Positions 12,253 through 25,381 are shown, counted from the first letter of the whole stretch. The stretch: 63,895 nt of DNA, filler included, from Chiloscyllium plagiosum (GCF_004010195.1; 4 parts of one record of this genome joined end to end with filler, not necessarily neighbours in it); one strand, 5' to 3'. Notes: a model not told the origin generated them from the letters alone. A program made the numbers and translations.

Positions 12253-12946
12253 AATTTCTGGGGTGTGTCCGGGATAGTTTCCTGCATTAATATATATATC
12301 CAAGCTGCAACAAGCGATATTGAATTTAGTAATGAAACACATTTAATTAGTGACCTAATTGTGCATAAATGCTTGTCTAATAATGGTCATAGCATGATCA
12401 AGTTCAATGTGGTGTTCGAATACAAAAAGCATGATTCAGTTACTAGAGTTAAATTTAGGGAAGGGCAATTTAAAGAGATAAGACAGAGACTGTCCACGGT
12501 AGACAGGGAAAAGTCTGCTCATGGGTAAAACAACTGAAGAACACTGGAGGATGTTTAAAGAAACATTTATCACAATATAAAACCAGTTTATATCCTGAGA
12601 AGGAAAGGCTCCACCTCACAGAAAAACCAGCCATTAAATTAAAAACAATTAAAGAGATAAGGGACAACATAAAACTAAAAGAACAGAATTTAAAAGTACA
12701 AAAAGCAGAACAGATCCTGCTGAATGGAAAGGTACAAAGAACAGTAAAGGGCCACAAAGTAACTTAGAAAAGCTACTAAAAGGTACATTTGAATCTTATT
12801 GTGTTTCTTTGGGCAATCGATGCCTTGTAACAAATTGAGCTCAGTTTTCTCATACTATTTTTGCAGCAATTTCCCCTAAAGATACTGTTTAGGAAGTTTT
12901 GTGGAAACTTTGATAGTTATTAAGAAATATTGATTTGCTTTCACAG

Positions 12947-12974
12947 TTGTAGGGAGTTTCCCACTACCTGACAG
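12947..12974 (+). CDS. Candidate 28-nt microexon
   Basis: gatttgctttcacAG|TTGTAGGGAGTTTCCCACTACCTGACAG|GTAAAC; reads xVGSFPLPDx; in a unique island. Confidence 0.3.
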
Positions 12975-13109
12975 GTAAACACATGAACATCATTCTGCTA
13001 GCTTCTTCCAGATTTTATTGAATTGTGACTTCACCATTTGCCAAATTGGTATCTAACCTAAGTCCCCAGAACATTAGCCTGGGGTTTTGAATTAGTAGCC
13101 CAGTGGTCA

Positions 13110-14605
13110 CTGCTAACAATATTAGACTGTGGACACAAAAAGATCCAGTCCTGGCAAAACTAAAACAGATGGTGGTGATGGGCAAACAAAAGGACTATCA
13201 CAATCAGAATTGAAACTTTTCTGAACCCAGCAAGACTAGTTCACCGTAGAGAATGACATTATTATGGGGAGTAAGTATAATTATCTGGCAGTGACCTTTG
13301 CTTGGGACAATACCAGAGTCATCCAGGTGTTTCCAAAATGAAGATGTTGGTGAGAAGTTATGTCTGGTGGCCAGGATCAGATAGGAGAAAGTGAGGACTG
13401 CAGATGCTGGAGATCAGAGCTGAAAATGTGTTGCTGGAAAAGCGCAGCAGGATTCCTGAAGAAGGGCTCATGCCCGAAACGTCGATTCTCCTGCTCCTTG
13501 GATGCTGCCTGACCTGCTGCGCTTTTCCAGCAACACATTTTCAGCTTCGACCAGGATCAGATGCCAACAAAGCTGCATTGGTGGGGCACTGTCCAGAGTG
13601 CCAACAGAAACAAATATTACCACTATCATCTTCCCCACACTCGTGGAAATCCTGGGTAAACCCTGGACTCAGTTACATGTTGACTATGGGCTCTATGTTT
13701 TTAGCCTACACTCCTTTCATGGGTTCTATGTTTTGAGTCATTGTGGATGCTGACTCAAAGTGATCAGACTTGCATAGAGTTCATTCGTCAAACACGGAGA
13801 TGATAATTGAGAATTGCAAGCATCTTTACAATACATGAACTCCCGAAGGTGTTGGCCACAGACAACGGGCCAGTAATTAACAGTAGGGAATTGGAGTTTT
13901 TCCTAAAATCAAAATGGCATTTGGCACTAAAGGACAGATCATTGCCATCTACTGTCCAATGGTCTGGCAAAAAGATCACTCCAAACTTTGAAGGCAGGCT
14001 TAAAGAAACAGTCTATAACTTCACTCGATGCCAAACTGTCCCAGTTCATTCTCGAACCACTTCTCATGCAACTACAGGGACAGTTCCAGCTGAGTTGCTA
14101 ATGGGGAGAAGGCTCCACAGCAGGTCAAACCTGATCTTCCTGGACCTTGGGGGAAGGGTGAAACAGCATCAGGAATGCCAATGCCAGACAGTAGAATCCT
14201 CGAAGCAAGAGAGGCATTTTTGCTTCAGGAGACAAAGTTTGGTGTTGAAACCACAGAAATGGCTCTGCACGGGTAATGGGCATGATCGACGTGAGGTCAG
14301 GTCCTGTGACATACAAATTTCAGTCGGAGAGGCAGTCCTAAACAAGCACATGGATGATACAACAGCTGCAACTTCACAAACATTTCAGCCCCTGAGTACA
14401 TCTGGCAAGACTGTCCGATCCTGTAAGTTCTCCACCTCTGCCTAGCATCAAAGAAACATCCAAAGACCAGATAAACACAGCAGATGTCACAGCTTCAACA
14501 CTGTTACTGCCTGAAGATGACTTTCAGCCAAGACACTTCAGGCACAAGACATGGATGACAGTCGATACACACTGCCAGTTTTCGAAACAGAGTCAGAGGA
14601 ACCAG
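13110..14605 (+). mobile_element. Gypsy-type LTR retrotransposon integrase relic
   Basis: HPGVSKMKMLVRSYVWWPG, CPECQQ, PWTQLHVDY, LPKVLATDNGP, PAELLMGRRL across frames. Confidence 0.8.
13383..13550. mobile_element. PLE-derived inverted mini-element; hammerhead at 13456-13483
   Basis: 12-bp TSD ccaggatcagat at 13371-13382 and 13551-13562; CTGAAGA-A-GGGC-TCAT-GCCC-GAAACGTC. Confidence 0.85.
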
Positions 14606-15030
14606 TGTGTCTTTAACGCACCACCAACTTCCCTGGCAAACATCTCTCTCTCAGGCTTGCTTCAGTGCTCCAGAAGCTCAGCACAACTGAAAGAACAGCA
14701 CCTCATTTTCTGCTTGGGAACCCTGCAGCCTTCCGGACTCAATATCAAGTTCAGCAACTTTAGGGCTTGAGCTCTCCCATGTCCCTAACCCAACCTCTAC
14801 ACACCAGGCCTTGTTATCATCTAGTTTGTATTACACACAATCTATTGTTCGCCACTAACAGTCCCTATTAATAGCTAGTAACCCTCCGAGCCAGATTGTT
14901 ATCCACACCTTTGTCTGTCCAACTGCTCTTCTCTCCCTATGGGCTCTATCCCCACTTATCGTTTACTCTTACTCCCCCCTCCCCTATCTTCTGCACATAA
15001 ACCGACATTTCCCGAGCTACCATCAGCTCT
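14606..15030 (+). mobile_element. PLE 3' fragment (GIY-YIG C-terminus), apparently resuming at about 17293-17350
   Basis: ORF 14555-14770 ends EQHLIFCLGTLQPSGLNIKFSNFR; aggaaccag repeated at 14597-14605 and 17352-17360. Confidence 0.7.
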
Positions 15031-15048
15031 CTGATTAGTCTGATTTTT

Positions 15049-15369
15049 GATTAGATTAGATTACTTACAGTGTGGAAACAGACCCTTCGGCCCAACAAGT
15101 CCACACCGACCCTCCGAAGAACAACCCATCCAGACCCATTCCCCTACATTTACCCCTTCACCTAACACTACAGGCAATTTAGCATAGCCAATTCACCTAA
15201 CCTGCACATTTTTGGACTGTAGGAAGAAACCGGAGCATCCAGAGGAAACCCAAGCAGGTACGAGAAGAATGTGCAAACTCCACACAGACAGTTGCCTGAG
15301 GCGGGAATTGAACCCAGGCCTCTGGTGCTGTGAGGCAGCAGTGCTAACCACTGTGCCACCGTGCTGCCC
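15049..15369 (-). mobile_element. HE1-type tRNA-derived V-SINE
   Basis: Minus strand has A box (tggcacagtgg), B box (gttcaattcc), V-domain gtggagtttgcacattctt, and an (aatct)n tail. Confidence 0.9.
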
Positions 15370-15499
15370 AAGTATGGCCTGTTACCGCTGTACACTGTTA
15401 CCATCTGGAGATGACTTTCAGCCAAGACACTCCAGGCACATGATAAGGCTACAGTCTGATACACACTGCTGTATTCCAGACAGAATCAGAGGAACTGCT

Positions 15500-17292
15500 G
15501 TGTCTTTTCAACAATCCAAGTATGACCTTCGCAGAGCTAAAGACCAATACCGATCCAAACTAGAGACCCAGACAGACATCCAGCAACTATGGCAAGGATT
15601 GAATGACATCACAGGTTCTAAAAAGAGACATTTCAAGATAGCAGACAATGACACATCCCTTCCAGATCGTCTCAATGCCTTATATGCTCACTTTGAGCAA
15701 AATTTCAGCAGAGAGGCATCACCTATTCCGACAAGTCCTAACAAACCTATCCCAATAGTCACTGCATCAGAGGTCAAATCAGTTTTCCTTTGTATGAATC
15801 CAAGGAAAGTGATGAGACCAGATGAAGTACCAGGCCATGCATTCAGAGCATGTGCAGATCAACTGGCAGAGGTCTTCTCAGACATCTTCAACCTCTCCCT
15901 ATAGCAGGCCACTGTCCCTGCCTGTTTCAAGAGGGCCAACATCATCCCTGTGCCTAAGAAGGCTCATGCAGTATGTCTCAATGACTACCGCCCAGTAGCC
16001 CTAACTTCACTGGTCATGAAGTGCTTTGAAAGGCTGGTCATAGCATTAATCAACTCCAGCCTCCCCACTACTCTTGACCCACTCCAATTTGCCTATCAGA
16101 CCAACAGATCCACATCAGGTGCCATATCACTTGCCCTTCACTCCTCCCTAGAACATCTTGACACCAAGAACAGCTACATAAGAATCCTATTCATTGACTA
16201 CAGTTCAGACTTCAACACTATTATCCCCTCGAGACTGATTACTAAACTCAGTGATCTCGGACTAAGACCCACTCTCTGCAACTGGATCCTCAGCTTCCCG
16301 AACCACAGGCCACAATCAGTGAAGATTGGGAACAATATTTCATCCTCACTAACACTCAACATTAGAGCCCCCCCCAGGAGTGTGTACACAGCCCCCTACT
16401 GTACTCACTGTATACCCATGACTGCATCGCCAAATACCAGACTAATGCCATTCAAGTTCGCTGACGACATCACCATAGTCGGTCGAATCTCAGATGGCGA
16501 TGAAACAGATTACGGATGGGAGGTGGAAGATTCGGAAAAATGGCGGACTGAGAACAACTTAGCTCTCAATGCCGGCATAACCAAGGAACTCATTATTGAC
16601 TTTTGGCAGGATGTTACTCATGCCCTCTGACACATTAACAGCACAGAGGTGGAACGGGTGGAGAGTGTCAAGCTCCTGGAAGTGGTCATCCACAACAAGC
16701 TTTCTTGGACTCTTCATGTAGACGCACAGGTTACAAAGGCCCAACAACATCTCTTCTTCCTCAGGCAGCTGAGGAAGCTTTGCATGATGGCGAATACCCT
16801 TGCCAACTTTTATAGGTGTGCCATGGTGAGCATTCTATCTGGATGTATCACTACTGGTATGGCAACTGTACCATTCAAGATCAGAGACAGTTACAGAGAG
16901 TGGTGAACTCGGCCTGGACAATCACAAAGGCCAACCGGCCATCTATAGAATCCATCTACCAGGCCCGCTGTGAAGGAAAGGCCGCCAGCATTCTCAAAGA
17001 TCCATTCCACCTTGGCAATGTTTTTAGACAACTTCTACCCTCGGGCAGAAGGTACAGAAGCCTGAAACACGCACCAACCGGTTTTGAAACAGTTTCTACC
17101 CTACTGTTGTTAGAATACTGAATGGACTCACAAACTCTTAACATTTGCCTATACCTATATTTTTGTTTTTTGCCACTGTTTACCTATTATTTACTTATTT
17201 ATGCTACTTAACTATGTGAACTGCCTGTATTGTTTGCAAGACAAAGCTTTTCACTGTGCCTCATTAGACATGACAATAAATTCAATTCAATT
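15500..17292 (+). mobile_element. Rex1/Babar-clade LINE, 5'-truncated
   Basis: [73 protein letters not shown]; ends aataaa(ttcaa)n. Confidence 0.85.
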
Positions 17293-17350
17293 CTCTCCAC
17301 AGAAGCTGCCAGATCTGCGTAGCTTATTCAGCAATTTCTGTTCTTGTCTC

Positions 17351-17790
17351 AAGGAACCAGACCTGGTATGAAAACGGCCCAGGAGAAGCAACAAAGAAAA
17401 AAGGAAGGACCTACATCCCAGGACTGAGAGGGCGAGGGATGTAGTGATTGGAACAAGGTCAGCCAGGCCAGATGGATCTCATAGAATATTGTGATGCTCC
17501 TTCACAAGTTTGTGTTGTCATTGTTTTTTTTTCAGCGTGGTTGGAATCACAGAGACTCTGGGAGGTCTCCGTTTGAAGGGTTTTAGGGCCAATTTGATTA
17601 TAGCTAACAGATACAGCCTCAGGCAATGGGCTTTCAAGTTTTAAAAGAAACACTTAAACAACGAAAGGAGAGTGCCCAACTCTCCCAGCTCAGTTTTTTT
17701 ATCTGGTTTGGTTTGATTTGTTTTGGTATTTGCAAGCAGTCAGTTTTGAGCTGCTGGACGCAAAGAAACAGGTGCATGCTGATCCAGTTA
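17351..17790 (+). mobile_element. Probable 3' end, PPT and LTR start of the Gypsy relic at 13110
   Basis: Purine tract gagagggcgaggga followed by TGTAGTG at about 17440. Confidence 0.4.
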
Positions 17791-19795
17791 TGCTTTTTCC
17801 AGCGCCACGCTTTATCAACTACACCAGGAGCAGCACCAGGCACACAGAGACAGAGGCATCAAGCTGGTGAAGCTACCAAACAGGATTAGTTGTATGCTAA
17901 ACAGCATAAGCAGCAAGTGATACAGAAAGCTAAGTGATCCCACATCCAACATAACTGATTTAAGCTCTGCAGCCTGCCACATCCAGTCTGAATGGTGGTG
18001 GACAATTAAGTAACTTCCAGGAGGAGGAGGTTCCACAAATATCCCCATCTCCAATGATGGAAGAACACAACACATCAGCACAAAAGATAAGACTGAAGTA
18101 TTTGCAGCAATCTTCAGCCACAAGTGCCAAATGGATGATCCATCTCGGCCTCCTCCAGTGGTACACATCATTACAGATACCAATCTTCGGCTAATTTGAT
18201 TCACCCCATGTGGGATCAAGGAATGGTTGAAGGCACTAGATGCTTCAAAGGCTATGGAGGACCTTGACAATATTCTGGAAATAGTACTAAAGGCTTGTGC
18301 ACCCCAGGCCAAACTCTTTCACTTCAGTTATAGCACAGGCATCTACCTGACAATGTGGAATACTGCCCATGTATATCCCATACACAAAACAGCAGATAAA
18401 TACATCCCAAACATTACCACCCCATCATTCCATTCTTGATCACCAGTAGCGTGATGCTAAGTGTTATCAACACTGCTATCAAACAGCACCTGTTCAGCGA
18501 TGCACAGTTTGGGTTCCGCCAGGGCCACTCAGCTCCTGACTTTGCAGAATTAGAATTAGAATTCCAAAGTGTGGAAATAGGCCCTTCGCCCAACAAGTCC
18601 ACACCGACCATCGGAAGAGTAACCCACCCAGACCCATTCCCCTAACCTATTATCGTATATTTACCCCTGATTAATGCACTTAACCGACACATCCCTGAAC
18701 ACTATGGGCAATTTAGCAACGCCAATTCATTTAACGTACACATCTTTGGATTGTAGGAGGAAACCAGAGCACCTGGAGGAAACCCACACAGACATAGGGA
18801 GAGTGTGCAAACTCCACACAGTCGCCCGAAGTTGGAATCATATCTGGGTCCCTGGCGCTGAGAGACAGCAGTGCTAAACAGTGAGCCACCATGCTGCCCA
18901 AAACCTTATTACAGCCTCGGTTCAAACATAGATAAAAGAGCTGAATTCCAGAGAGGAGGTGGGAGTGACAGCCTTTGACATCAAGTTCACATTCAACTGA
19001 GTGTGGCATCCAAGAGCCTGAACAGGACTAGAATCAATTGGTTTCAGGGCCAAACACTCAGCTGATTCAAGGTCTTAAGGTCAGAAGTGGGGCTGTTCGC
19101 CGATGATTGCACAATGCTCAGCACCATTCATGATTCCTCAGATGCTGAAACAGTCCATATTCAAATGCAAAAAGATCTGGACAACATCCAGCCTTGGCCT
19201 GACAAGTGGCAAATAACTTTCATGCCTCACAAATGTCAGGCAATGACAATCTCCAACTGGAGACAATCTACCAACTGCCCCTTGATATTTAGTGGTGTTA
19301 CCATCACAAAACCACCACTATCAACATCCTGGGAGTCACCATTGACCAGAAACACAACTTGACCCACCACATGAACATAAAGGCTGCAAGAGCAGGTCAG
19401 AGGGTAGGAATACTGCAGCAAGTAACTCACTTTCTGATTTCCCAAAGTCTGGTCATCAGCTACAAGGCACCAGTCAAGAATGTGAGGAAATATTCCCCAC
19501 TTGCCTGGCTGGGTACAGTTCTAATAACACTCAAGACGTTTCACACCATCCAGGACAAAGCAGCCCACTTGATTGGCACCACTTTCACAGACAGAAATAC
19601 ACCAAAGATCCTTAGACAAAACCAACTAAACCCATGACCACTTATATCTAGAAGGACATGGGCAGCTGATACATGGGAACACCACCATCTGCAAATTCCC
19701 CTTCATGCCAATCACTATTGTGACTTGGAAATATAACATCATTCCTTCAATGTCACTGGATCAAGATCTTGGAATTCCTTCCCGAACAGCATTGT
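17790..19795 (+). mobile_element. Decayed CR1/L2-group LINE distinct from the HER1-like family
   Basis: AQFGFRQGHSAPD, LFADDCT, DLDNIQPWPDKWQITF; 3' part matches 57730-58045 and 62830-63150. Confidence 0.7.
18548..18900 (-). mobile_element. HE1-type SINE
   Basis: Diverged copy of 15049-15369. Confidence 0.85.
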
Positions 19796-19799
19796 GTCA

Positions 19800-20943
19800 T
19801 ATAGTCAGAGTCACACAGCATGGAAACAGACCCTTCCATCCAACTCATCATTCCAAACAGGTTTCCCAAACTAAACTAGTCCCACTTGCCTGCATGTGGC
19901 CTATATCGTCTAAACCTTTCCTATTCATGCAGTCCAAATGTCTGATAACTTTTGGAAACTTACCTGCATTTTACCACTTCTCGTGGCAGTTCATTCCACA
20001 TATGAACCAATATAGAGTCATAGAGATGTACAGCATTGAAACAGACTCTTCGGTCCAACCTGTCCATGCCGACAAGATATCCCAACCCAATCTAGTCCCA
20101 CCTGCCAGCACCCGGCCCATATCCCTCCAAACCCTTCCTATTCATATACCCATCCAAATGCCTCTTAAATGTTGTAATTGTACCAGCCTCCGCCACTTCC
20201 TCTAACAGCTCATTCCATACACGTACTACCGTCTGCGTGAAAATGTTGCCCCTTAGGTCTCTTTTATATCTTTCCCCTCTCACCCTAAACCTATGCTCTC
20301 TAGTTCTAGACTCCCCGACCCCAGGGAAAAGACTTTGCCTATTTACCCTATTCATGCCCCTCATAATTTTATAAATCTCTATAAGGTCACCCCTCAGCCT
20401 CCGATGCTCCAGGGAAAACAGCCCCAGTCTGTTCAGCCTCTCCCTAAAGCTCAAATCCTCCAACCCTTGTAGATCTTTTCTGAACCCTTTCAAGTTTCAC
20501 AACATCTTTCCGATAGGAAGGAGACCAGAATTGCACCCAACATTCCAACAGTGGCCTAACCAATGTCCTGTACAGCCGCAACATGACCTCCCAACTCCTG
20601 TACTCAATACTCTGACCAATAAAGGAAAGCATACCAAACGTCTTCTTCACTATCCTATCTACCTGCGACTCCACTTTCAAGGAGCAATGAACCTGCACTC
20701 CAAGGTCTCTTTGTTCAGCAACACTCCCTAGGACCTTACCATTAAGTGAATAAGTCCTGCTAAGATTTGCTTTCCCAAAATGCACCACCTCGTATTTATC
20801 TGAATTAAACTCCATCTGCCACTTCTCAGCCCATTGGCCCATCTGGTCCAGATCCTGTTGTACTCTGAGGTAACCCTCTTCACTATCCACTACACCCCAA
20901 TTTTGATGTCATCTGCAAACTTACTAACTGTACCTCTTATGCT
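19800..20943 (-). mobile_element. CR1 LINE 3' portions (two stacked)
   Basis: ORFs 20092-20493 and 20444-20890 give the CR1 RT C-terminus; runs to the contig end. Confidence 0.9.
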
Positions 20944-21043
20944 NNNNNNNNNNNNNNNNNNNNNNNNNNNNNNNNNNNNNNNNNNNNTTAATTAATTAAN
21001 NNNNNNNNNNNNNNNNNNNNNNNNNNNNNNNNNNNNNNNNNNN
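20944..21043. other. Artificial contig linker (44 N + TTAATTAATTAA + 44 N)
   Basis: Identical 100-nt structure occurs three times; the 12-mer gives stops in all six frames. Confidence 0.97.
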
Positions 21044-21111
21044 CCTGAGGCAGGAATTGAACCCAGGTCTCTGGCGCTGTGAGGCAGTAGTGCTAGCCAC
21101 CGTGCCGCCCA
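21044..21111 (-). mobile_element. HE1 SINE 5' (tRNA-like) end
   Basis: Reverse complement gggcggcacggtggctagcactactgcctcacagcgccagagacctgggttcaattcc. Confidence 0.8.
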
Positions 21112-21489
21112 CACTCCCCACACTTCATCTAATGCCATCAACATATGCTTCAATTGCTTTCTTCCTCGTGTGTTTATCCCCTTGAATGTACGTATGCTAT
21201 TCAGCTCAACTAGTTCCTGATGTACCAAGCTACACATTCTAACCCCTGTCTGGTGCAAATGAGGTTTTCTGGAATTTCCTTTTGCATTCATTAGAGATCA
21301 TCTGTCCTTTTTTTATATAAAACTAGGGAAAAATGCTGTTCATGTTTTAATGTATGTGAAGTGCAAACTCGCTCCAGCCAATGACAATTGCCTGTTAGCC
21401 TCTGTCTTTTTGTACTTTAGCATTGATTAATGAGCACTGAGGGAAAGTGAGGTGCCTGCAAACCTACCCGCTGTTTTCTCTCTTGGCAG

Positions 21490-21658
21490 GTCAGCTGCAC
21501 AGAGTAACATGTCCGCTGAAGAACTCATTGCAAAGCTTGCAGATAGCAGCAGTAAGTGGTCTAAGCAAATGCTTCAAGTTGTTCGACATGTGTGGACCGA
21601 ACAGGGCAAACTAATTGCAACACCAGAAGATGCCAAGCACATGCTCACTGTGGGACAG
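21490..21658 (+). CDS. COMMD6: Internal exon of long-form COMM domain-containing protein 6, immediately upstream of the COMM domain
   Basis: Acceptor ttttctctcttggcAG, donor CAG|GTGAGA; 169 nt encoding SAAQSNMSAEELIAKLADSSSKWSKQMLQVVRHVWTEQGKLIATPEDAKHMLTVGQ; recalled similarity to non-mammalian COMMD6, where GQ precedes LVDFQWKLG. Confidence 0.8.
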
Positions 21659-21954
21659 GTGAGATGGCCCAGTGTGTGCACTTTTACTTTGAAGCTTGAA
21701 GGTGTAAGTTTGCATCCATAATCTTGCTATTTAACCCGTTTTGTTACTTCAGAGGTGTACAGCACCAGCTTTTGTTCTTTTGCGTATCTTGGAGTTTAGA
21801 ACAGGTGTCACTACGTTAGAGTCTGAAGGTAACCAGTCAATGCTCTTGCAGTTTTGGCAATGATATTAAGTCTCTAGAAGAAGTACAATACTAATGTTCA
21901 TTTGGGACTTTTCATTACCCCTTTTGACATGTCACTAACTTACATTTAGTTTTA

Positions 21955-22270
21955 AACATTTATTCGACTGGGACAACACTACCATTCTCGGGCAAGCCAA
22001 ACAAAGAACAGCCAGGGAATTCCTAGAAGCATGGCACTCATCCACAAACTCCATCAACAAACACATCGACCTGGACCCAATATACCGGCCACTACAGCGG
22101 ACAACTGAAACTGACAACCAGAAGCGGCAGGGACAGGCCACTATAAATGCCGGAAGAAACACCACAGAAGCGCTTCACAGGAGGCTCCCAAGCACTGAGG
22201 ATGTCACCTAGACAGGGGACGAAACATTTGCAACAAAAATTTCCAGCTCGACAAACAGAACCACAGCAAT
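21955..22270 (+). mobile_element. PLE 3' end (different family) with CTGAGGA hammerhead at 22195-22225
   Basis: Encodes FDWDNTTILGQAKQRTAREFLEAWHS...INKHIDL (GIY-YIG C-terminus); CTGAGGA-TGTCACC-TAGACA-GGGGAC-GAAAC. Confidence 0.8.
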
Positions 22271-24881
22271 ATCCATTGTACACTTACCTGAAACAAATAG
22301 CAAAGTTACGGTCTGGGCTACCTGCTTAAAAATGTTTTGAGGTGTCTGGCCTGGTCCATAACGGATTAGGGGTTCTTTGCGGGATTTAAACAGTGAGTGG
22401 TAGGTGTTAGTGTCTTTTATTTCAGGTGTTGATTTGGTTGGTTTAAACACCACTGGGATAGCAATGGCTCTTTCAGTCACCAAGAGTTTTCTGGGGGTGG
22501 AAGAAGTGACCTTGAGGGTCTTACAAAAGGTGGTTAAGGCCAAGCTGTGGGAATTAGCAGATGAGCTGAAGTTGAAGCTACTTCCTACCGTGAAGAAAGA
22601 TGAGATGGTTAGAGCAATAGTTCAGCATTTAAATTTGCTGGAAACACCATCAGGATGTGTAGAAATGACAAAAGCTCAATTGCAAATGAAGCAGCTTGAG
22701 TTAGATGTGAGAGATAAGGAAACAACAGCAGAAATGAAACAGTTTGAGTTACGATTAAAAGCAGAAGAGAAAGAAAAGAGAAAAAAGAAAATGATACCTG
22801 GAAAAGAAAATCAGCTGAAAAGGATGGAGATGAAAGCTGAAGTTAAGTCTAGTGAGGAAGGGGATTAAGATGAGCAAGCCCCTGGTAGTCAAAAGCCTGG
22901 TGAGAAACTGTTTAGGTATGTTCACGCCTTGCCTAGATTTGATGAGAAGGATGTGGAAGCCTTTCTCATCTCATTTGAAAAAGTGGCTAAGCAAATGCAG
23001 TGGCCAGTGATCATGTGAGTTTTGCTGATCCAAACAAAACTTGTAGATAGAGCTAGTGAGGTATTCGCATCACTATCAGAGAAGGTATCTGGGGAGTATG
23101 AGGAAGTGAAAAAAGCCATTGTAAGTGCTGAGGAGGGGCCCTGGTCAAACCTATATTGAGTTTGAAAGGATCAAACAAAATAATTTCGATAGATGGATAA
23201 GAGCTTTAAAATAGAGCAAACCTACGAAACTCTTAGATAATTATTTTGGAGGAAATCAAAAATTCACTGCCTGAAGTAATGTGAACTCATGTGGAAGAGG
23301 AGAGAATTAAAACAGCAAGGTTAGTAGCTGAAATTGATTATGAGTTGGTCCATAAAACACAGTTTGGCTTCCAGAATCAATTTCAGTCCATGAGGGATAG
23401 AAACTGGGGCAAAGAGAAATCTTCACATGGAAAGGGAAAGGTAGATCTTGGTGAAGATTATAAACATTACTTACCACAGGGTAAAAAGGAAACCCTTGAA
23501 AGAGACAAAGAAGGTAAAAAGCTCCAGTATTTTCATTGTAATAAGGTGGGCCACATGAAATCAAAGTGTTGGTGGGCTAGGAAATAGTCAGGATAAGCCT
23601 GGAAGTTTTGTTAGAATGGTAACAAGAAAGTACAGTGGAAGCTAGAAAGCTGCATCAGATTGTACAAGCTGATCGGAGGTTGGTAAGGAAGAAGTGCCAG
23701 ACCTGCTTAGAAAATACCTGCAAAGGTAAAGTTTATTCACAAAGGCCAGGGTAGCAGGTAGGGAGTTACAATATTAAGGGACACAGGTTCCTCTCAGTCT
23801 GTGATGCTAAAAGATGAGGAGGTATGTACTTCTGAGGGACTATTGCCAGAAAATGTACTAGTAACGGGAATTCACGTGAGACAAACAGCACTGTTATGTA
23901 AAATGAGGCTACAGTGTCCAGAAAAGAGTGGGGAATTTGTGGGAAGAGTACTGAACAAACTCTCACCTCCAGGAATACAATTTGTCCTTGCGAATGATAC
24001 AGCTGATTCACCAGTAGGTGTACCGCCTACTGTACTTGAAAAGCCAGTGGAGACTCAGGCAACTGAAACAATGCAGGACTCTTATCCAAGAATCTTCCCT
24101 AACTGTATAGTAATAAGGTCACAGAGTCACCAGTTGAAGCAGGAGAGATCGAAGGGTACAGTGAGTTTTGAGAAGATTTGTAGCTCAGGTTGAGGTTTTG
24201 GATGTAGGTTTGCTCGCTGAGCTGCAAGGTTCATTTCCAAACATTTTGTTACCCTACTAGGTAACATCCAAAGTCAAAGGATGCAGATAAGGAAGCTGAA
24301 GTAGCATTAGCAGAGGCTATGTTTGAACAGATGGTTGAGACAAAACAGGAGCGTATAAGCAATCATGCAAATATCTTTAGCTCTAAAAAACTCATTGAGT
24401 TACAGCAGAAAGATTAAAAGTTAAAGCAATTGTATCAAAAGGCATAGACATAGAAGGAATCTGAATGTATCCCTCAATGTTATTACCTGAAAAATTATGT
24501 CTTAATGAGGAAATGGAGACCATCACACATTCAAGCAGATGAGAAATGGCAGAAATTCATCAAATTGTCTTTCCAGTGGGATAAATAAAGGAGTTGAGAG
24601 TGATGCATGAGCTACTATTTGGAGGTCATTTAAGAATGAGAAAAGCATCGGCTAAAATACAAAACTTTTTTACTGGCCTGGACTACACAAGGATGTCACT
24701 GAATTTTGCCAGACATGTCATACATGTCAGGAAATTGGAAAACCACAGGCTGTAATTAAACCTGCACCTTTAATACCTATTCCAGCACTTGAGGAACCTT
24801 TCACAAGAGTCTTAATTGATTGCGGAGTGGGAATCTGTATTTCTTAACAATAATGGATGTATAGATTTCCAGAGGCCATTC

Positions 24882-25381
24882 NNNNNNNNNNNNNNNNNNN
24901 NNNNNNNNNNNNNNNNNNNNNNNNNNNNNNNNNNNNNNNNNNNNNNNNNNNNNNNNNNNNNNNNNNNNNNNNNNNNNNNNNNNNNNNNNNNNNNNNNNNN
25001 NNNNNNNNNNNNNNNNNNNNNNNNNNNNNNNNNNNNNNNNNNNNNNNNNNNNNNNNNNNNNNNNNNNNNNNNNNNNNNNNNNNNNNNNNNNNNNNNNNNN
25101 NNNNNNNNNNNNNNNNNNNNNNNNNNNNNNNNNNNNNNNNNNNNNNNNNNNNNNNNNNNNNNNNNNNNNNNNNNNNNNNNNNNNNNNNNNNNNNNNNNNN
25201 NNNNNNNNNNNNNNNNNNNNNNNNNNNNNNNNNNNNNNNNNNNNNNNNNNNNNNNNNNNNNNNNNNNNNNNNNNNNNNNNNNNNNNNNNNNNNNNNNNNN
25301 NNNNNNNNNNNNNNNNNNNNNNNNNNNNNNNNNNNNNNNNNNNNNNNNNNNNNNNNNNNNNNNNNNNNNNNNNNNNNNNNN
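24882..25381. other. Scaffold gap (500 N) inside the Gypsy integrase
   Basis: N run with integrase sequence on both sides. Confidence 0.95.

Larger units (their letters stand above)
10945..12785 (+). mobile_element. Old CR1 endonuclease-region fragment hosting later insertions
   Basis: Remnants ETWLQ (about 10952), LMGDF (about 11650) and NGHSMIKF (about 12380); interrupted by the MITE and a PLE. Confidence 0.6.

Noticed and set aside
20988..20999. TTAATTAATTAA palindrome as a biological site
   Set aside because: It is centred in identical N linkers three times, so it is synthetic.
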